From a virus: DNA of 64,000 nt. Below the pieces are notes generated by a model. It was not told the origin of the DNA. It made no database searches and saw only the letters and a list, made by a program, of their open reading frames with translations. This document shows, piece after piece, positions 9,617 to 20,900 of this stretch. The translations under genes were made by a program, and so were the position numbers. Location: positions 32,001 to 96,000 of IMG/VR virus record IMGVR_UViG_3300039191_000589. One strand, given 5' to 3'. The first letter of the stretch is position 1. Every line of letters starts with the position of its first letter.

Positions 9617-9862
9617 ATGAAAATTAAAAAAGTAATAAAAGAATTTAAAAAGTTTGATAAAGATAATGTTTTAATTAAAACTTTTACTCAAGGGTTTTGT
9701 TATGATTTTGCTTGTATTCTTAAAATGAATTTCCCTAAAGGTGAAATATATTTTATAAAGAATAGAAGGCATTATGTTTTTAAAATAAATAATAAATTTT
9801 ATGATATAACTGGTGAAGTTAATATAAAAAAAGAAGATATTTTAGAAAAAGATACTATTTAA
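9617..9862 (+). CDS. Small protein with possible Cys-His-Asp (papain/transglutaminase-like) triad
   Basis: QGFCYDFA...HYVF...FYDITG spacing. Confidence 0.45.
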   Translation: MKIKKVIKEFKKFDKDNVLIKTFTQGFCYDFACILKMNFPKGEIYFIKNRRHYVFKINNKFYDITGEVNIKKEDILEKDTI

Positions 9863-9885
9863 GCACCTATAAGGGTGCTTTTTTT
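9861..9885 (+). terminator. Intrinsic terminator
   Basis: AAGCACC-TATAAG-GGTGCTT plus T-run. Confidence 0.8.
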
Positions 9886-9958
9886 ATTGTGTATTATAAT
9901 TTTTTAGTTGAAGTTTATATTTTTTATGAAAATAAATATAATATAGGTAGGTGGTATA

Positions 9959-11611
9959 GTGTTTAATTTAGATTCTATAAAAAATGAAACTAAAGCACTA
10001 CAACAAGACATAGAAAAAATCCAAGAAAATAAAATTCAAGGAATGCCTCTTGGTGATTATATTTTTAATAAAGTTATTACAAGGGTTGATCCAGTTGAAT
10101 ATTGCGAAAGAGTTTTAAGAAATCATTTACCTAGGGAGCAAACAAAATTACATGAAAATCAAAGGATTTTAGTAAGAGCTGTAACAGATCCTAAAATTCG
10201 TAAGGTTGCAGCCTTGATGTCACGGCAGGCTGGTAAAACAGAATCAATTGCTTCTTTTACAGGTTTTTTGTTAGATAATTATCCAGGAATGAGAGTGGGT
10301 ATATTTACTCCTAGAATTCAACAGGCACAAATTGATTTAGGTCGTACTAAAGTATTTTTTCAAATGAATGAAGGATTATTAAATAATGAAATAGTAAAAG
10401 TAACAAAAGATAAACTTAAATTATCAAATGGTTCATATGCTCAAGCAGTATCTGGTTCTGATCAATCTAATATTGAGGGTTTAACTTTTGATGTAATTAT
10501 ATTAGATGAGGCTCAAAAAATTACTGATTATACTTGGTCTGAACGTATTGCTCCTATGGGTGGTGCTACAAATGCGAAAATGATTAAAATTGGAACTCCT
10601 AAAACAAAAAATCATTTCTTTGAATCAATGAAAGGTTCAGCATCAGAAGCATGGGAGTGTTTATATCGGGATTGGACTGAATGTGAACAGTTATGGGTAT
10701 TAAATCAAACCGTTTTACCTGATCATACTGATCCTGAAAGTGGAAGAGTTCGACCATATTCTACATATGTTTTAGGGTTAATGCCTAAATCCTTAAAGCA
10801 AGAATATTTTCCAAAAAATCCTGAAATATGGACAGAAGGAGAAATGTCAGTTCAGGACTTTAGAACCCAGTATATGTTAAATTTTGTAGCTTCTGCAAGT
10901 AAATTCTTTAAAACACATGAAATTGATAAATTGAAAGATGGAGATTTTCATTGGTTAGAAAGTGGTAGAAGAAATGAAACATATGTAGCTGGTATTGACT
11001 TTGCTGGTTCAAGTGCTGGAAATGCTGACTATACTCATATTTCTGTAATGCGAGTTAATGATGATGGAACAAAAGAAAAAGTGTGGGGTACAGAATTTAG
11101 AGGTAAGCGTTATCCTGAACAAATTAAAGAGATTGCTAGTATTTTTGGTGGTCCTCGTCCAAAATTTATGGTTAAAAGTATTTTTGCAGACTATACTGGT
11201 TGTGGTCGACCTGTTATCCAAACATTACAAGATGAATATGGACTACAACAATTAGAAGGTATAACTTTTAATGCTAAAGATACCTATACAAATTCTGGTA
11301 TGAATATGAAAAATATTATGTATGCTAAATTTAAACATGAATTAAATTATGATCGTGTAAAATATCCTAATCAAGAGAAATTTTTAGAAACAGCAGGTTC
11401 TGATAAAAAAGGATTTTATCATAAAATGATTGGAGAGTGGAGTGATCTTGAGATGGAGATGGGAAGAAGTATTAATAAAAGAATTGAAGCACCATCTGGA
11501 GGTCATGATGATGTATGTGATGCTGATGCTTTAGCTAATTTTGCTGCATTAAATGGTCAACAAAATCGTGGAATGCCAAAACCTAGTCAAGCTAAAATTA
11601 GTCGTTTTTAA
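9959..11611 (+). CDS. terL: Terminase large subunit
   Basis: SRQAGKT Walker A, IILDEAQ Walker B, IGTP motif III, AGIDFAG nuclease start, HDDVCDA C-terminal acidic motif. Confidence 0.93.
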   Translation: MFNLDSIKNETKALQQDIEKIQENKIQGMPLGDYIFNKVITRVDPVEYCERVLRNHLPREQTKLHENQRILVRAVTDPKIRKVAALMSRQAGKTESIASFTGFLLDNYPGMRVGIFTPRIQQAQIDLGRTKVFFQMNEGLLNNEIVKVTKDKLKLSNGSYAQAVSGSDQSNIEGLTFDVIILDEAQKITDYTWSERIAPMGGATNAKMIKIGTPKTKNHFFESMKGSASEAWECLYRDWTECEQLWVLNQTVLPDHTDPESGRVRPYSTYVLGLMPKSLKQEYFPKNPEIWTEGEMSVQDFRTQYMLNFVASASKFFKTHEIDKLKDGDFHWLESGRRNETYVAGIDFAGSSAGNADYTHISVMRVNDDGTKEKVWGTEFRGKRYPEQIKEIASIFGGPRPKFMVKSIFADYTGCGRPVIQTLQDEYGLQQLEGITFNAKDTYTNSGMNMKNIMYAKFKHELNYDRVKYPNQEKFLETAGSDKKGFYHKMIGEWSDLEMEMGRSINKRIEAPSGGHDDVCDADALANFAALNGQQNRGMPKPSQAKISRF

Positions 11612-11628
11612 ATAAAGGGAGGATAAAA

Positions 11629-12483
11629 ATGAAAAGATTATTACAAAAATCTAGTGTAGAAAAAGTTACCCCTATTGAAAAATCATATAAATCTAAAAAT
11701 CAATTAGATGATTTTATAAGAGATGATAATAAAGATAACAGTGATAATAATGATAATATTGATGATGATTTTAAAGATATTCTTAAACAAAAAGAAAGAA
11801 AATTAAGAAATAATAGTCGATTAACTAAAAAATCATATCATGGTATAGATTCTCGAGATTCAGCATTAACATATTTAGATGGGGAGTTATATGTTACTAT
11901 GACCCATCCAGTTGCAATTGAAAAGTTTTTAGGTTCAAATAGAGAAAAAGGAAAGGAAATTATAGAGAAATATTTAGAAGAAAATAATATAGGTAAAGAT
12001 AGTGAAGAAGGTCAAGATATATTAAATGAATTTGAACAAGTAGGGATATTATCTACTGATATTTTCAATGCATATTCTGAATATTCAAGAAGGAAAGGGT
12101 ATTATCAAGATTTTGGTGATATTCCTTTGGCTTTTGCCCATATTGTAAATGATGGTCTTGCAATATATATTGAAGAAGATTCATTACAAAATGTTGAATT
12201 AAATACAGTTGTAAATAAAATAAAGGGAGAATTTCCTAATTTTGATATTTATAATGATGATAGTTATCCTGAAGAAGATGGTATGCCAGAAGATTATGAT
12301 AAATTAGCAAACCAACTTGATCCTGAAAGAATAAAAAAATATAAAAATATACAAAAAAGACCACGCCCTAATTGGAAATCATTAATATTAAAGACTAAAC
12401 CCCAATATTTAGTTGATAATTATTATAAAAAAAATAAAAGATTAATTAAAGATAGGGATGATAATAATGAAAAGATTAATTAA
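11629..12483 (+). CDS. MKRLLQKS-leader protein with internal SRLTKKS leader and 'RDSALTYLDGE' domain
   Basis: Central ~160 aa align by eye with 8326..8928. Confidence 0.75.
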   Translation: MKRLLQKSSVEKVTPIEKSYKSKNQLDDFIRDDNKDNSDNNDNIDDDFKDILKQKERKLRNNSRLTKKSYHGIDSRDSALTYLDGELYVTMTHPVAIEKFLGSNREKGKEIIEKYLEENNIGKDSEEGQDILNEFEQVGILSTDIFNAYSEYSRRKGYYQDFGDIPLAFAHIVNDGLAIYIEEDSLQNVELNTVVNKIKGEFPNFDIYNDDSYPEEDGMPEDYDKLANQLDPERIKKYKNIQKRPRPNWKSLILKTKPQYLVDNYYKKNKRLIKDRDDNNEKIN

Positions 12484-12643
12484 AAAATCTTATAATTATT
12501 ATACAACTCGCGATATATTTTTATCAAAAAATAAAGTTGATTTTAATTACTTTGATGAAATAAAAAGGTTGATAAAAAAAAGAAAAAATAAAAAAGATAA
12601 AAAGGATGAATCAAATGAAAAAAAACATAAAACAAGAGTTTAA
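12467..12643 (+). CDS. Small basic protein with MKRLIKKS leader
   Basis: ATG at 12467 after AGGGA; contains a second KRLIKK. Confidence 0.55.
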   Translation: MKRLIKKSYNYYTTRDIFLSKNKVDFNYFDEIKRLIKKRKNKKDKKDESNEKKHKTRV

Positions 12644-13457
12644 TTCACAAGTATTTGATTATGGAATTAAATTAATTAACCCTTTTAATATATGGAAAAC
12701 AACTTATGGAGCAGGTATAAAAGTAGGATTATTAGATTCAGGTATTGATTATAAACATTCTAATTTAAATAAGAATTTTGTTAAAGGGGTTAACTTTACC
12801 TCTAATGATAAAGATGATTATATGGATTATAATGGTCATGGTACAATGTCAGCTGGGGTAATAAGTAGTTATAATGATATTGGATCTGTTGGTATTGCTC
12901 CTAATATTAATTTATATAATTTAAAAGTATTAGATAAGAATGCTAAAGGAAATATAGATAATATAAAAAAAGGTTTATTATGGTGTATAAGAAATAATAT
13001 TAAAATTATTGTAATGAATTTTGGTTTAAATAATAGTGATAATAGTCTTCATAGAATAATTAAAAAAGCTTATACAAAACAACTTATTATGGTTGCTCCT
13101 ACTGGAAATGAAGGTAAAGAATCAACTTGTAATTATCCAGCTCAATATAAAGAGGTAATATCAGTAACTGCAATAAATAAAAATTATGAAATACCTAGTT
13201 TTGCTACTATAGATAATGCTGAAATTTCTGCCCCCGGAACAAATATTACTACAACTTATCTTGATAATAAATTTATATCAGCTTCTGGGACATCATTGGC
13301 ATCATCTTATATTGCTGGAATAATTGCTTTATTACAAGGGGAAAACTTAGAAAACAATAAGAGATTTTTAAATCAAAATCAAATTAGAAAAAAATTGTTT
13401 AAACATTGTAGTAAAATAAAGAATTTTGATATTAAATATTTTAGTTTTGATAATTAA
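12606..13457 (+). CDS. Subtilisin-like S8 serine peptidase
   Basis: LLDSGID, NGHGT, SGTSLA catalytic triad; GN oxyanion region; no evident signal peptide. Confidence 0.92.
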   Translation: MNQMKKNIKQEFNSQVFDYGIKLINPFNIWKTTYGAGIKVGLLDSGIDYKHSNLNKNFVKGVNFTSNDKDDYMDYNGHGTMSAGVISSYNDIGSVGIAPNINLYNLKVLDKNAKGNIDNIKKGLLWCIRNNIKIIVMNFGLNNSDNSLHRIIKKAYTKQLIMVAPTGNEGKESTCNYPAQYKEVISVTAINKNYEIPSFATIDNAEISAPGTNITTTYLDNKFISASGTSLASSYIAGIIALLQGENLENNKRFLNQNQIRKKLFKHCSKIKNFDIKYFSFDN

Positions 13458-13458
13458 A

Positions 13459-13497
13459 TGTTAAAAAAAAATCATATAATCTATATAATTTATATAG
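13459..13497 (+). promoter_or_regulatory. TGTTAAAAA-motif putative promoter
   Basis: One of six intergenic copies of TGTTAAAAA followed by a TATA-rich block. Confidence 0.5.
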
Positions 13498-13527
13498 ATA
13501 TGTTAATAAATGGTGGTGAAGTATATA

Positions 13528-14760
13528 ATGGAAGTTTCAAAGATTAATAATGGATTAACAATAATAACAGATAAAGATAATTCTGCTAATACAGCAACAA
13601 TAGGATATGTTATAGCTTGTGGTTCTCATGATGAAGCTGAAGATGAAATGGGCATTGCTCATTTTACAGAACATATGCTTTTTAAGGGAACTACTAATAG
13701 AAATGCTCAAGAAATATCTAAAGATATTGAAGCAATTGGTGGTATTTTAAATGCTGAAACTTCTTATGAACATACAAAATATCATTGTACAGTTCCATCC
13801 TCAGAATGGGAAATAGCTTGTGATGTATTATCAGATATGATTTGGAATAATTTAATTCCAAAAGATGAATTTAATAGTGAAAAGCAAGTTATATTAGAAG
13901 AATTAAAAATGTATTATGATAAACCTCGTTCAAGGGCAATGCAATTATTATCTATTAATATGCATTTTAATTATAAAAATAGACAATATATTGGTGGAAC
14001 TATTGAAACAGTTAAAAAAATTAATAGAGAACAAATGATTAATTTTATAGATAAATTTTATGTTCCTAGTAATATGGTTGTTATTGCTACTGGTGATATA
14101 GAACATGATAAATTAGTTAACTTTTTTAAGAATTATTGTTTAGATATAGAAATTAAAGACGAATTAAATGATTATAAAAAGTCTGAATTTAATCCACCTA
14201 AATTAAATGGTGATCAATTAGTAGAAGAAAAAAATACTATGCAATCTCATTTATGTTGGGGGTTATTTGGGGCTCAACCTAATACTCAAGAATGTGTTAT
14301 AGGAGATGTTATTGTAACTTTATTAGGTGGTAATACATGTTCAAGGTTATATCAAATTATTCGTGAACAAAAAGGATTAGCTTATACTATTACAATGGAT
14401 AATGAAGAATTTAGTGATATTAGCATAATAAAAGGATATGTTGGTTTAAATAAAGAAAATATTAATGATGTAAAAAATATTATAAAAAAAGAAATGTTTA
14501 AATTAAAAGATGAGTTAGTAACTGATGAAGAATTAGAACGGGCTAAATCATATATTGAAGGAAATTTAAAAATAGGATTAGAAACTCCATCAGCTCAAAA
14601 TGGTTTTCTTACTCAAGCTATAATAATTAATTCAGATATTGATATAGATAATTACTTTAATAAAATTAAATCAGTAACTAAAGAAGATATTATGGATTTT
14701 GCAAGAAAATATTTTAATAAAGATAATATTACATTTTCTCAAGTAATATCTAAAGATTAG
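13528..14760 (+). CDS. M16 family zinc peptidase (pitrilysin/processing-peptidase type)
   Basis: GIAHFTEHMLFKGT (HxxEH), LNAETS, VILEE, LGG..SRLYQ.IREQKGLAY. Confidence 0.93.
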   Translation: MEVSKINNGLTIITDKDNSANTATIGYVIACGSHDEAEDEMGIAHFTEHMLFKGTTNRNAQEISKDIEAIGGILNAETSYEHTKYHCTVPSSEWEIACDVLSDMIWNNLIPKDEFNSEKQVILEELKMYYDKPRSRAMQLLSINMHFNYKNRQYIGGTIETVKKINREQMINFIDKFYVPSNMVVIATGDIEHDKLVNFFKNYCLDIEIKDELNDYKKSEFNPPKLNGDQLVEEKNTMQSHLCWGLFGAQPNTQECVIGDVIVTLLGGNTCSRLYQIIREQKGLAYTITMDNEEFSDISIIKGYVGLNKENINDVKNIIKKEMFKLKDELVTDEELERAKSYIEGNLKIGLETPSAQNGFLTQAIIINSDIDIDNYFNKIKSVTKEDIMDFARKYFNKDNITFSQVISKD

Positions 14761-14771
14761 GAGGGTAAACA

Positions 14772-15362
14772 TTGGCAATAGAAGATTTAGATATAGAAGA
14801 AATTTTTGATAGAGAGGTACCTTTTGAGCAAGATTATCAGGATGCAAAAGAAAATAATAATGTAATTTGGGATAAATATCAAGATAAAATTTTTAATACA
14901 ATAAATGGATTATCATATTGGAAGAATTTTGATAAAGATGAATTAATTCAACAATCATATTTGTATTTTTCAGAATTATGTAATAGATATAATCCTTATT
15001 ATGCAGGTAACTTTATTCCTTTTAATAAATATTTATTTAAAAATATAATAATTAAATTAAGAGCTTTTATTCAAAGATATTATTTTAAAAGAAAGCGTGA
15101 ACAGCCTACTGAAATATCAGACTATATGTTTAATTATATGAATAATAATGATGTATCTAAAAGTGATTTAAAAATACATGTTGAATATTTATATTCTTTA
15201 ATTACAAATAGACAAAAACAAATTTTAGAACTTTCATTAAAAGGATATAAACAACAAGAAATTGGTGAGATATTAGATATTTCTCAAAGTAGAGTTTCAG
15301 TTATAAAAAAGAAAACTCTACAAAAATTACAAAAAGTTATGGAAAAAAGAAAAGAAAAATAA
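14772..15362 (+). CDS. Phage RNA polymerase sigma factor (sigma-70 family, regions 2 and 4)
   Basis: DELIQQSYLYF...RYNP...FNKYL (region 2); RQKQILEL...KQQEIGEILDISQSRVS (region 4 HTH). Confidence 0.85.
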   Translation: MAIEDLDIEEIFDREVPFEQDYQDAKENNNVIWDKYQDKIFNTINGLSYWKNFDKDELIQQSYLYFSELCNRYNPYYAGNFIPFNKYLFKNIIIKLRAFIQRYYFKRKREQPTEISDYMFNYMNNNDVSKSDLKIHVEYLYSLITNRQKQILELSLKGYKQQEIGEILDISQSRVSVIKKKTLQKLQKVMEKRKEK

Positions 15363-15370
15363 TGTTAATT

Positions 15371-15410
15371 AAAGACCATTAAGAAATGTTTCTTGGTGGT
15401 CTTTATGTTT
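15371..15410 (+). terminator. Intrinsic terminator
   Basis: AAAGACCATTAAGAA...TTCTTGGTGGTCTTT hairpin (G-U pairs) after the sigma gene. Confidence 0.7.
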
Positions 15411-15581
15411 TATATAGTAATTTTGTATATTTTTTTTAAAAAAGCCATTGAATTATAATAATATAATAATGATTATAATATATTATAAGGTTCAATATAT
15501 TTATTAAATGAAATAATAAGCTATTCTTGGGGGATATTATAAAAATAAGGTTATAATTTTATAAGAGGTGATTATATTATA

Positions 15582-15683
15582 ATGGAAAATAAGAATAAAT
15601 GTCAATATTGTGATACTGAAAATAAAAGTCATAAAATTTATTGTTCATATTGTAAAGGTAATTTATATAATAAAAATAATTAA
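15582..15683 (+). CDS. 33-aa zinc-ribbon micro-protein, not in ORF track
   Basis: AAGAGGTGA SD; MENKNKCQYCDTENKSHKIYCSYCKGNLYNKNN* has two CxxC. Confidence 0.6.
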   Translation: MENKNKCQYCDTENKSHKIYCSYCKGNLYNKNN

Positions 15684-15749
15684 AAAATAATTTAGTTTTA
15701 ATATAATTTATTATAATATCCCTCAAAAAATAAGAAAGGAGGATTAATA

Positions 15750-16538
15750 ATGGCTAAGATTACTAGATCAAATGATTATAGTGGATTAGATAATAAAACA
15801 TTTAATAAGTTAGCTAAACAAATTAACAATATTAATGAAGAAAATTTAGTTGATATTGTAGAAAATGAAAAAGAGGCTAAAATATTAAAAAAAGAATTAA
15901 GTCTTGAAGGGTATAATACTAAAATTAAACCTCATAATAATAAGTTTAAAGTTATAGCTGTAAAAAATAATGATCAAATTAAAATTGATTATCGAAAAGC
16001 TAAACAAAGTAATTGTTTTGAAAAAGTTGCTTGGGGAAGGTATTGTTTTCAAAGAAAAAATAATAATAATGATTTTAGTGATTATAATTTTGATGATGGT
16101 TCAATTTGGAAAGTTGAAGAGGACGAGGAGGATAATAAATATTTAGTTAAAGAGCTTAATAATGATGGTGATATTATAAGAGCAGCCGATAATAATATAA
16201 AATCAGTAGTAAATAAAGATAATTTAAAAAATGTATTATCTTTATTATATGATATTGATAATATTAATAATACTTTAGTAAAAGATTTATTAAATAATAT
16301 AGGAGATCAATTTTATTCTATGTTAAATAATAAAATATCATCATTAATTGATAATCAATTAGAAAAAAATTATAATATTGAATCTAATGCAATAAAAAAT
16401 AATGTTAAAGGATTAATTACACAAGCAATTAATAAAAAAGAAATTAAAAATAAAAAACATTTTCAACAATTTATTAATAAATCAGTTGAAAATCAAGAAT
16501 CATTAACTAATAAGCCTAATAAAATATTTAATCAATAA
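15750..16538 (+). CDS. Hypothetical protein, likely virion/head associated
   Basis: AGGAGG SD; first gene of the head-region cluster. Confidence 0.65.
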   Translation: MAKITRSNDYSGLDNKTFNKLAKQINNINEENLVDIVENEKEAKILKKELSLEGYNTKIKPHNNKFKVIAVKNNDQIKIDYRKAKQSNCFEKVAWGRYCFQRKNNNNDFSDYNFDDGSIWKVEEDEEDNKYLVKELNNDGDIIRAADNNIKSVVNKDNLKNVLSLLYDIDNINNTLVKDLLNNIGDQFYSMLNNKISSLIDNQLEKNYNIESNAIKNNVKGLITQAINKKEIKNKKHFQQFINKSVENQESLTNKPNKIFNQ

Positions 16539-16552
16539 GAGGGGGTTTATAA

Positions 16553-17494
16553 ATGACTAGTAAGAATTCTGATGTTTTATATGATAATAGAAAGAATGTT
16601 AGTGAAGATCCAGCATATGATTATAGGAAAAATTTAAATTGGAGAATTGATGGTGGCCCTCATAATGATGAAATTGAGGATCCAGGAATTAATGAGTTTT
16701 ATAAAGGTTACCAAATTAACCCTTATGAATTTAGACGGTGGGCTAATAAAAATTTATCAAAAAAACAACTAGAAAAATTATCAGCCCAAGAAGTAATGCC
16801 AATGAAATTTACTACTGATTATTTAGCTGATAAAATTTTAACTTTATGGAATGGAGTCGATGGACCTTTACAATATTTCTTTGATGGGTTTACATTAAAA
16901 TATGATAATAAATTAAAACAAGATATAGCTAAAAAATTAGAACAAAAAGGGTATAAAATATATCCAACCTTAACTGATGATCAACCAAATGATATAAGAT
17001 CAAGAAATGGAGAACATCGCCAAGTATATAAAGAAGTAATGTCTTCTAACAATGTTGATAATATATTAAAATATGCCAAATGTGTTTCTCAACATTGTCA
17101 AGCGGTTAATTTATTAGAAGGAGAAATTAATGATTTAAAAGAAGCTGGAAATGAAATTGAAAAATCAGATGCAAGTGGATTAGCTGAATATTATAAAAAT
17201 ATATTTCCAGAAGATTATGCAGTTTCTTTAGTTAATATTATGTTAGATGATTCTTTAGATGGTGCTTCAATTAATGATGAAAGCTTAGATATTAGTTATC
17301 CCCATGATCAATATCAACACATGTCAGAAGAATCACAAAAACAAATTGAAGATTATATGTCTGGAAATGCTGACCCTTATTATAATAAAGATGGTGGCGG
17401 AGAGTTTGGGTATAATTTTGTTACAGATATGAGAAATGATACAACACGCCCTACTCAGTATGAAACTAAAGTTAGTAATAAAAAAAAAGGTTAA
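16553..17494 (+). CDS. Hypothetical protein, likely virion/head associated
   Basis: ORF with SD in the head cluster. Confidence 0.65.
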   Translation: MTSKNSDVLYDNRKNVSEDPAYDYRKNLNWRIDGGPHNDEIEDPGINEFYKGYQINPYEFRRWANKNLSKKQLEKLSAQEVMPMKFTTDYLADKILTLWNGVDGPLQYFFDGFTLKYDNKLKQDIAKKLEQKGYKIYPTLTDDQPNDIRSRNGEHRQVYKEVMSSNNVDNILKYAKCVSQHCQAVNLLEGEINDLKEAGNEIEKSDASGLAEYYKNIFPEDYAVSLVNIMLDDSLDGASINDESLDISYPHDQYQHMSEESQKQIEDYMSGNADPYYNKDGGGEFGYNFVTDMRNDTTRPTQYETKVSNKKKG

Positions 17495-17538
17495 TAAAAA
17501 AATCTAATGAAATTGAAAATATCCCTTTATATGAAGTA

Positions 17539-17898
17539 ATGAATGCTATTTCACAAGCTAGTAAAAATGTTTCAGGTTTATTAGGAGAAAAATTAGTTCA
17601 ACCTCCAGTATTGGTAGATACTATACGAGAACAAGAATTTAGTAATATACAAGAAGATAATTCTAGTTTTGAAAATGTAGTAGATACAATTAATGTAGTT
17701 CGGGTTCATGAAATTTGGGAGGTTTATTTAGGCGATATTGATGATAAAAAAGATATAGAAACTATTTTTATAGTCATTTCAGGAGACAATAAAATTAAGC
17801 AAAAATATGAAAAAGGAGATTGGAATAATATTGAATATCAAGGTTTTTATTCTACCCTTGAAGAAGCTAAAAATAATATTAAAGGTTATTTAGACTAA
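17539..17898 (+). CDS. Hypothetical protein
   Basis: ORF track; weak SD. Confidence 0.55.
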   Translation: MNAISQASKNVSGLLGEKLVQPPVLVDTIREQEFSNIQEDNSSFENVVDTINVVRVHEIWEVYLGDIDDKKDIETIFIVISGDNKIKQKYEKGDWNNIEYQGFYSTLEEAKNNIKGYLD

Positions 17899-17919
17899 TA
17901 CAAATAGGAGTGAAATAAT

Positions 17920-20900
17920 ATGAGTGAAAAATTTTCTACAACTAGTTCATTGTTATTTAAAGAGAATAATAATAATAATGATAATTTACCTGATTGGATG
18001 AAAGATCTTGATATAGATTTACAAAAACAAGCTAATAAAAATAAAAATATACCAGATTTACCAACTAAAGAAGAAGGAGTTTTTGCTTCTGAAAAACAAA
18101 AAATTAATAGAGATAGCAAAAATGGAACTCCTCGACAAATGGAGGCATCATTAAGTAATGGTAGAATGGTAACAGGAGCTAAAATTAATTTAGCTACATT
18201 TTTATCAGGTAAATATTATAAAGTACAACCTGATATAAATGGTAATCAAATTCATTTAAAAACAAAAATTGAAGAAATTCCTGCTAAATTTAATTTTAAA
18301 TTTACTGCAAGTAGTGGAAAAATAAAAAAAGCACAAACTTTCTCTGTGTTTTTTAATAATGAAACCGCTGAGTATCCTTTTAGTAAAGCTGGTTTTGATG
18401 AATGTATTGATGATATTAATAATGAAGACATTAAAAGTGTTGAAGGTGAAGTTGGAGAAGGGGTTAATAAAACCTATCTTATTAGTAAAGAAGAAATTGT
18501 AAGACGATTTAATGGGGAATTAAGAAAAGCTACTGATAAAATTAATGAATTATTAGAAAATGATATGATTGTTGGGGTAGGAAGTAATACTTTTGCTTCT
18601 TTATATAATGTAGATCAATTATTTCCTAATGAACCTAAAGAAAAACCTCAACAAAAAGAAGGTTCTTTTGATTTTGCACCAAATAGAGAACATGTTGCAG
18701 CTAAACCTCATAAAACTGCTAATGTATTATCAATTGAAGCTAGTAAAATGTTATCTAATTTCTTTTCTGATTTTGCTATTAAAAATCATTTTCGAGAAGG
18801 AAAAGAATTATTTATTGAAGCTAGTGTTTTAAGTAATAATGGAGTAAAAAGAACATGTAATTTTTGTTTTGGTATTGATAATGAAAAAGTAAAATCATTA
18901 AAAGTAGCTGAATTAAATGGTGAAAGAATGACTGTGGAACAATTATTAAGTAAATTAAATATTAATAATAGTGTTTTAGATAAATACCTTACTAAAAATA
19001 ATAGTAATTCTAAAAGAATTTATCAAGGACGTGTATTAACAGCTCGAAGAATTAAAAATAAATTATTAGGAATTGTAAAAAAACAAAATATAAAAGATAT
19101 TATTCATAATTGGACAGATCGTGATTTAATTACTAAAATTAATAGCACAACATATACTACTCAACATAGTTTTGAAGAATTATTAGCTAATATTGAAGTT
19201 GATACATTATCAAATAAAGAACAACAAGAAATAAAGGCATATAAAAAGAAATTTGGTGAAGGTTTAGATATGAATAGAAATGATGTTGAAGATACTGGGG
19301 TAAGAGATTATGATCAAGTTAAACCTTCACGAGAATTAAGATTAGCTAATTTAAAGCAATTTTTATCAACTAAATTTAAAAACTTTAAAATTGAAAACTT
19401 TATTAATGATAATGGTATAAAAGAAGCTAAAATAATTATTAAACAAGGATATAAATTAGATACTTGTGAAGCTGATTTATATTTTATTAATCCTGAAAAT
19501 GGAGTAAAAAATAAAGTAAAAGCAAAAGCATATTTTTATAAAAATCATATTGATAATGTTTTAGTTCAATTAGGTAATAAACAAGTTTCTATTGATAAAG
19601 CTAGAACATTATTTAAACAAAGTGAATTATTATCTAACTATTTAGAAGATAATTCTATTAATAAAACAGCTGGATCAATTATTATTACTGAAAATAAAAT
19701 TAAAGATAAACTATCTAATTATGTTAATAATGAAGAAATTGATAATATTATTAATGAATGGTATAATGAAGGTTATATTAAAGAAATTAATTCTGGAATA
19801 TATGCTTCAAATTATTCTTTTGAAAACTTATTAAATAAAACTGAAGCTCAATTATTATCAAATAAAGATAGAACAGAAATAAAATTAGCTAAACAATATT
19901 TTGGGGAACAAATTAAAATTGGTCGTAAAGAAATTGATGATACTGGCGTAAGAGAAGCTAATGAAAAATTATCAAATGTTAATGTATTAAATAAGGTTAA
20001 TAAGTTTTTATCAAAACATTTTGATAATTTTAAACCTCAAGATTTTGAAGTTAATGGAGAAAATGTAACTTACACAATTAATTTATTTGATGAAGAAACT
20101 GGATTATCAACTAATATTGATTTTGATTTTATTATTAATGATAATGAAATAACTAATTGTTTAGCCAATTTAAATGGTGAACAAATTAAAATTAATAATA
20201 TTAAAAGAGCATTTTCAACAAATGAAATTTTAAATAAATATTTAAATCAAAACAATAATAAAAAGACAAACGCACCAATGATTATTACAACTAAACAATT
20301 ACAGGGTAAATTAAATAAAATTGCTAATATACCATTGCAAGAAATTAAACAAATGGTTAATAAATGGCATAAAACAGGAAAAATTAAAAAAATGGGATCC
20401 AATGTTTTTGCAAGTAATTATACCTTAGAGCAATTATTATCAATGTCTAATATTAGACCATTATCTGATAAAGAAATTGCTCAGAGGATTAATAAGAGTA
20501 AAAGAGATCGCGGTTTAGAAGTTAATGCTCAGCATATTAATGATCAAGATACAAGACAACCTATTGAACAATGGTCATCTCAAAGAATGGTAACTCATGC
20601 TAAATCTGAATTAAATAAAATCTTTGAAGATTATAACATATTAGATGCAAAAGTTAATAATGATTCTTATGTTATTACTGCTCGTGTTGTTAATCCTAAT
20701 AATGGAATAAATCAAAAATTATATTGTAAATTAAAAGTTTTAGGTGATAAATTAGGAAAATTAATAGCAATTAGTGATGGTAAAAATACTGTTAGTCCAG
20801 ATCAATTAAGTAAATTAGATGTTTCTAATGAAGCTTTAAGAGAATTTAATAACATTAATAAAGCTACTAAGCGAAACTATAAAAATGTTATTTCTAAAAG

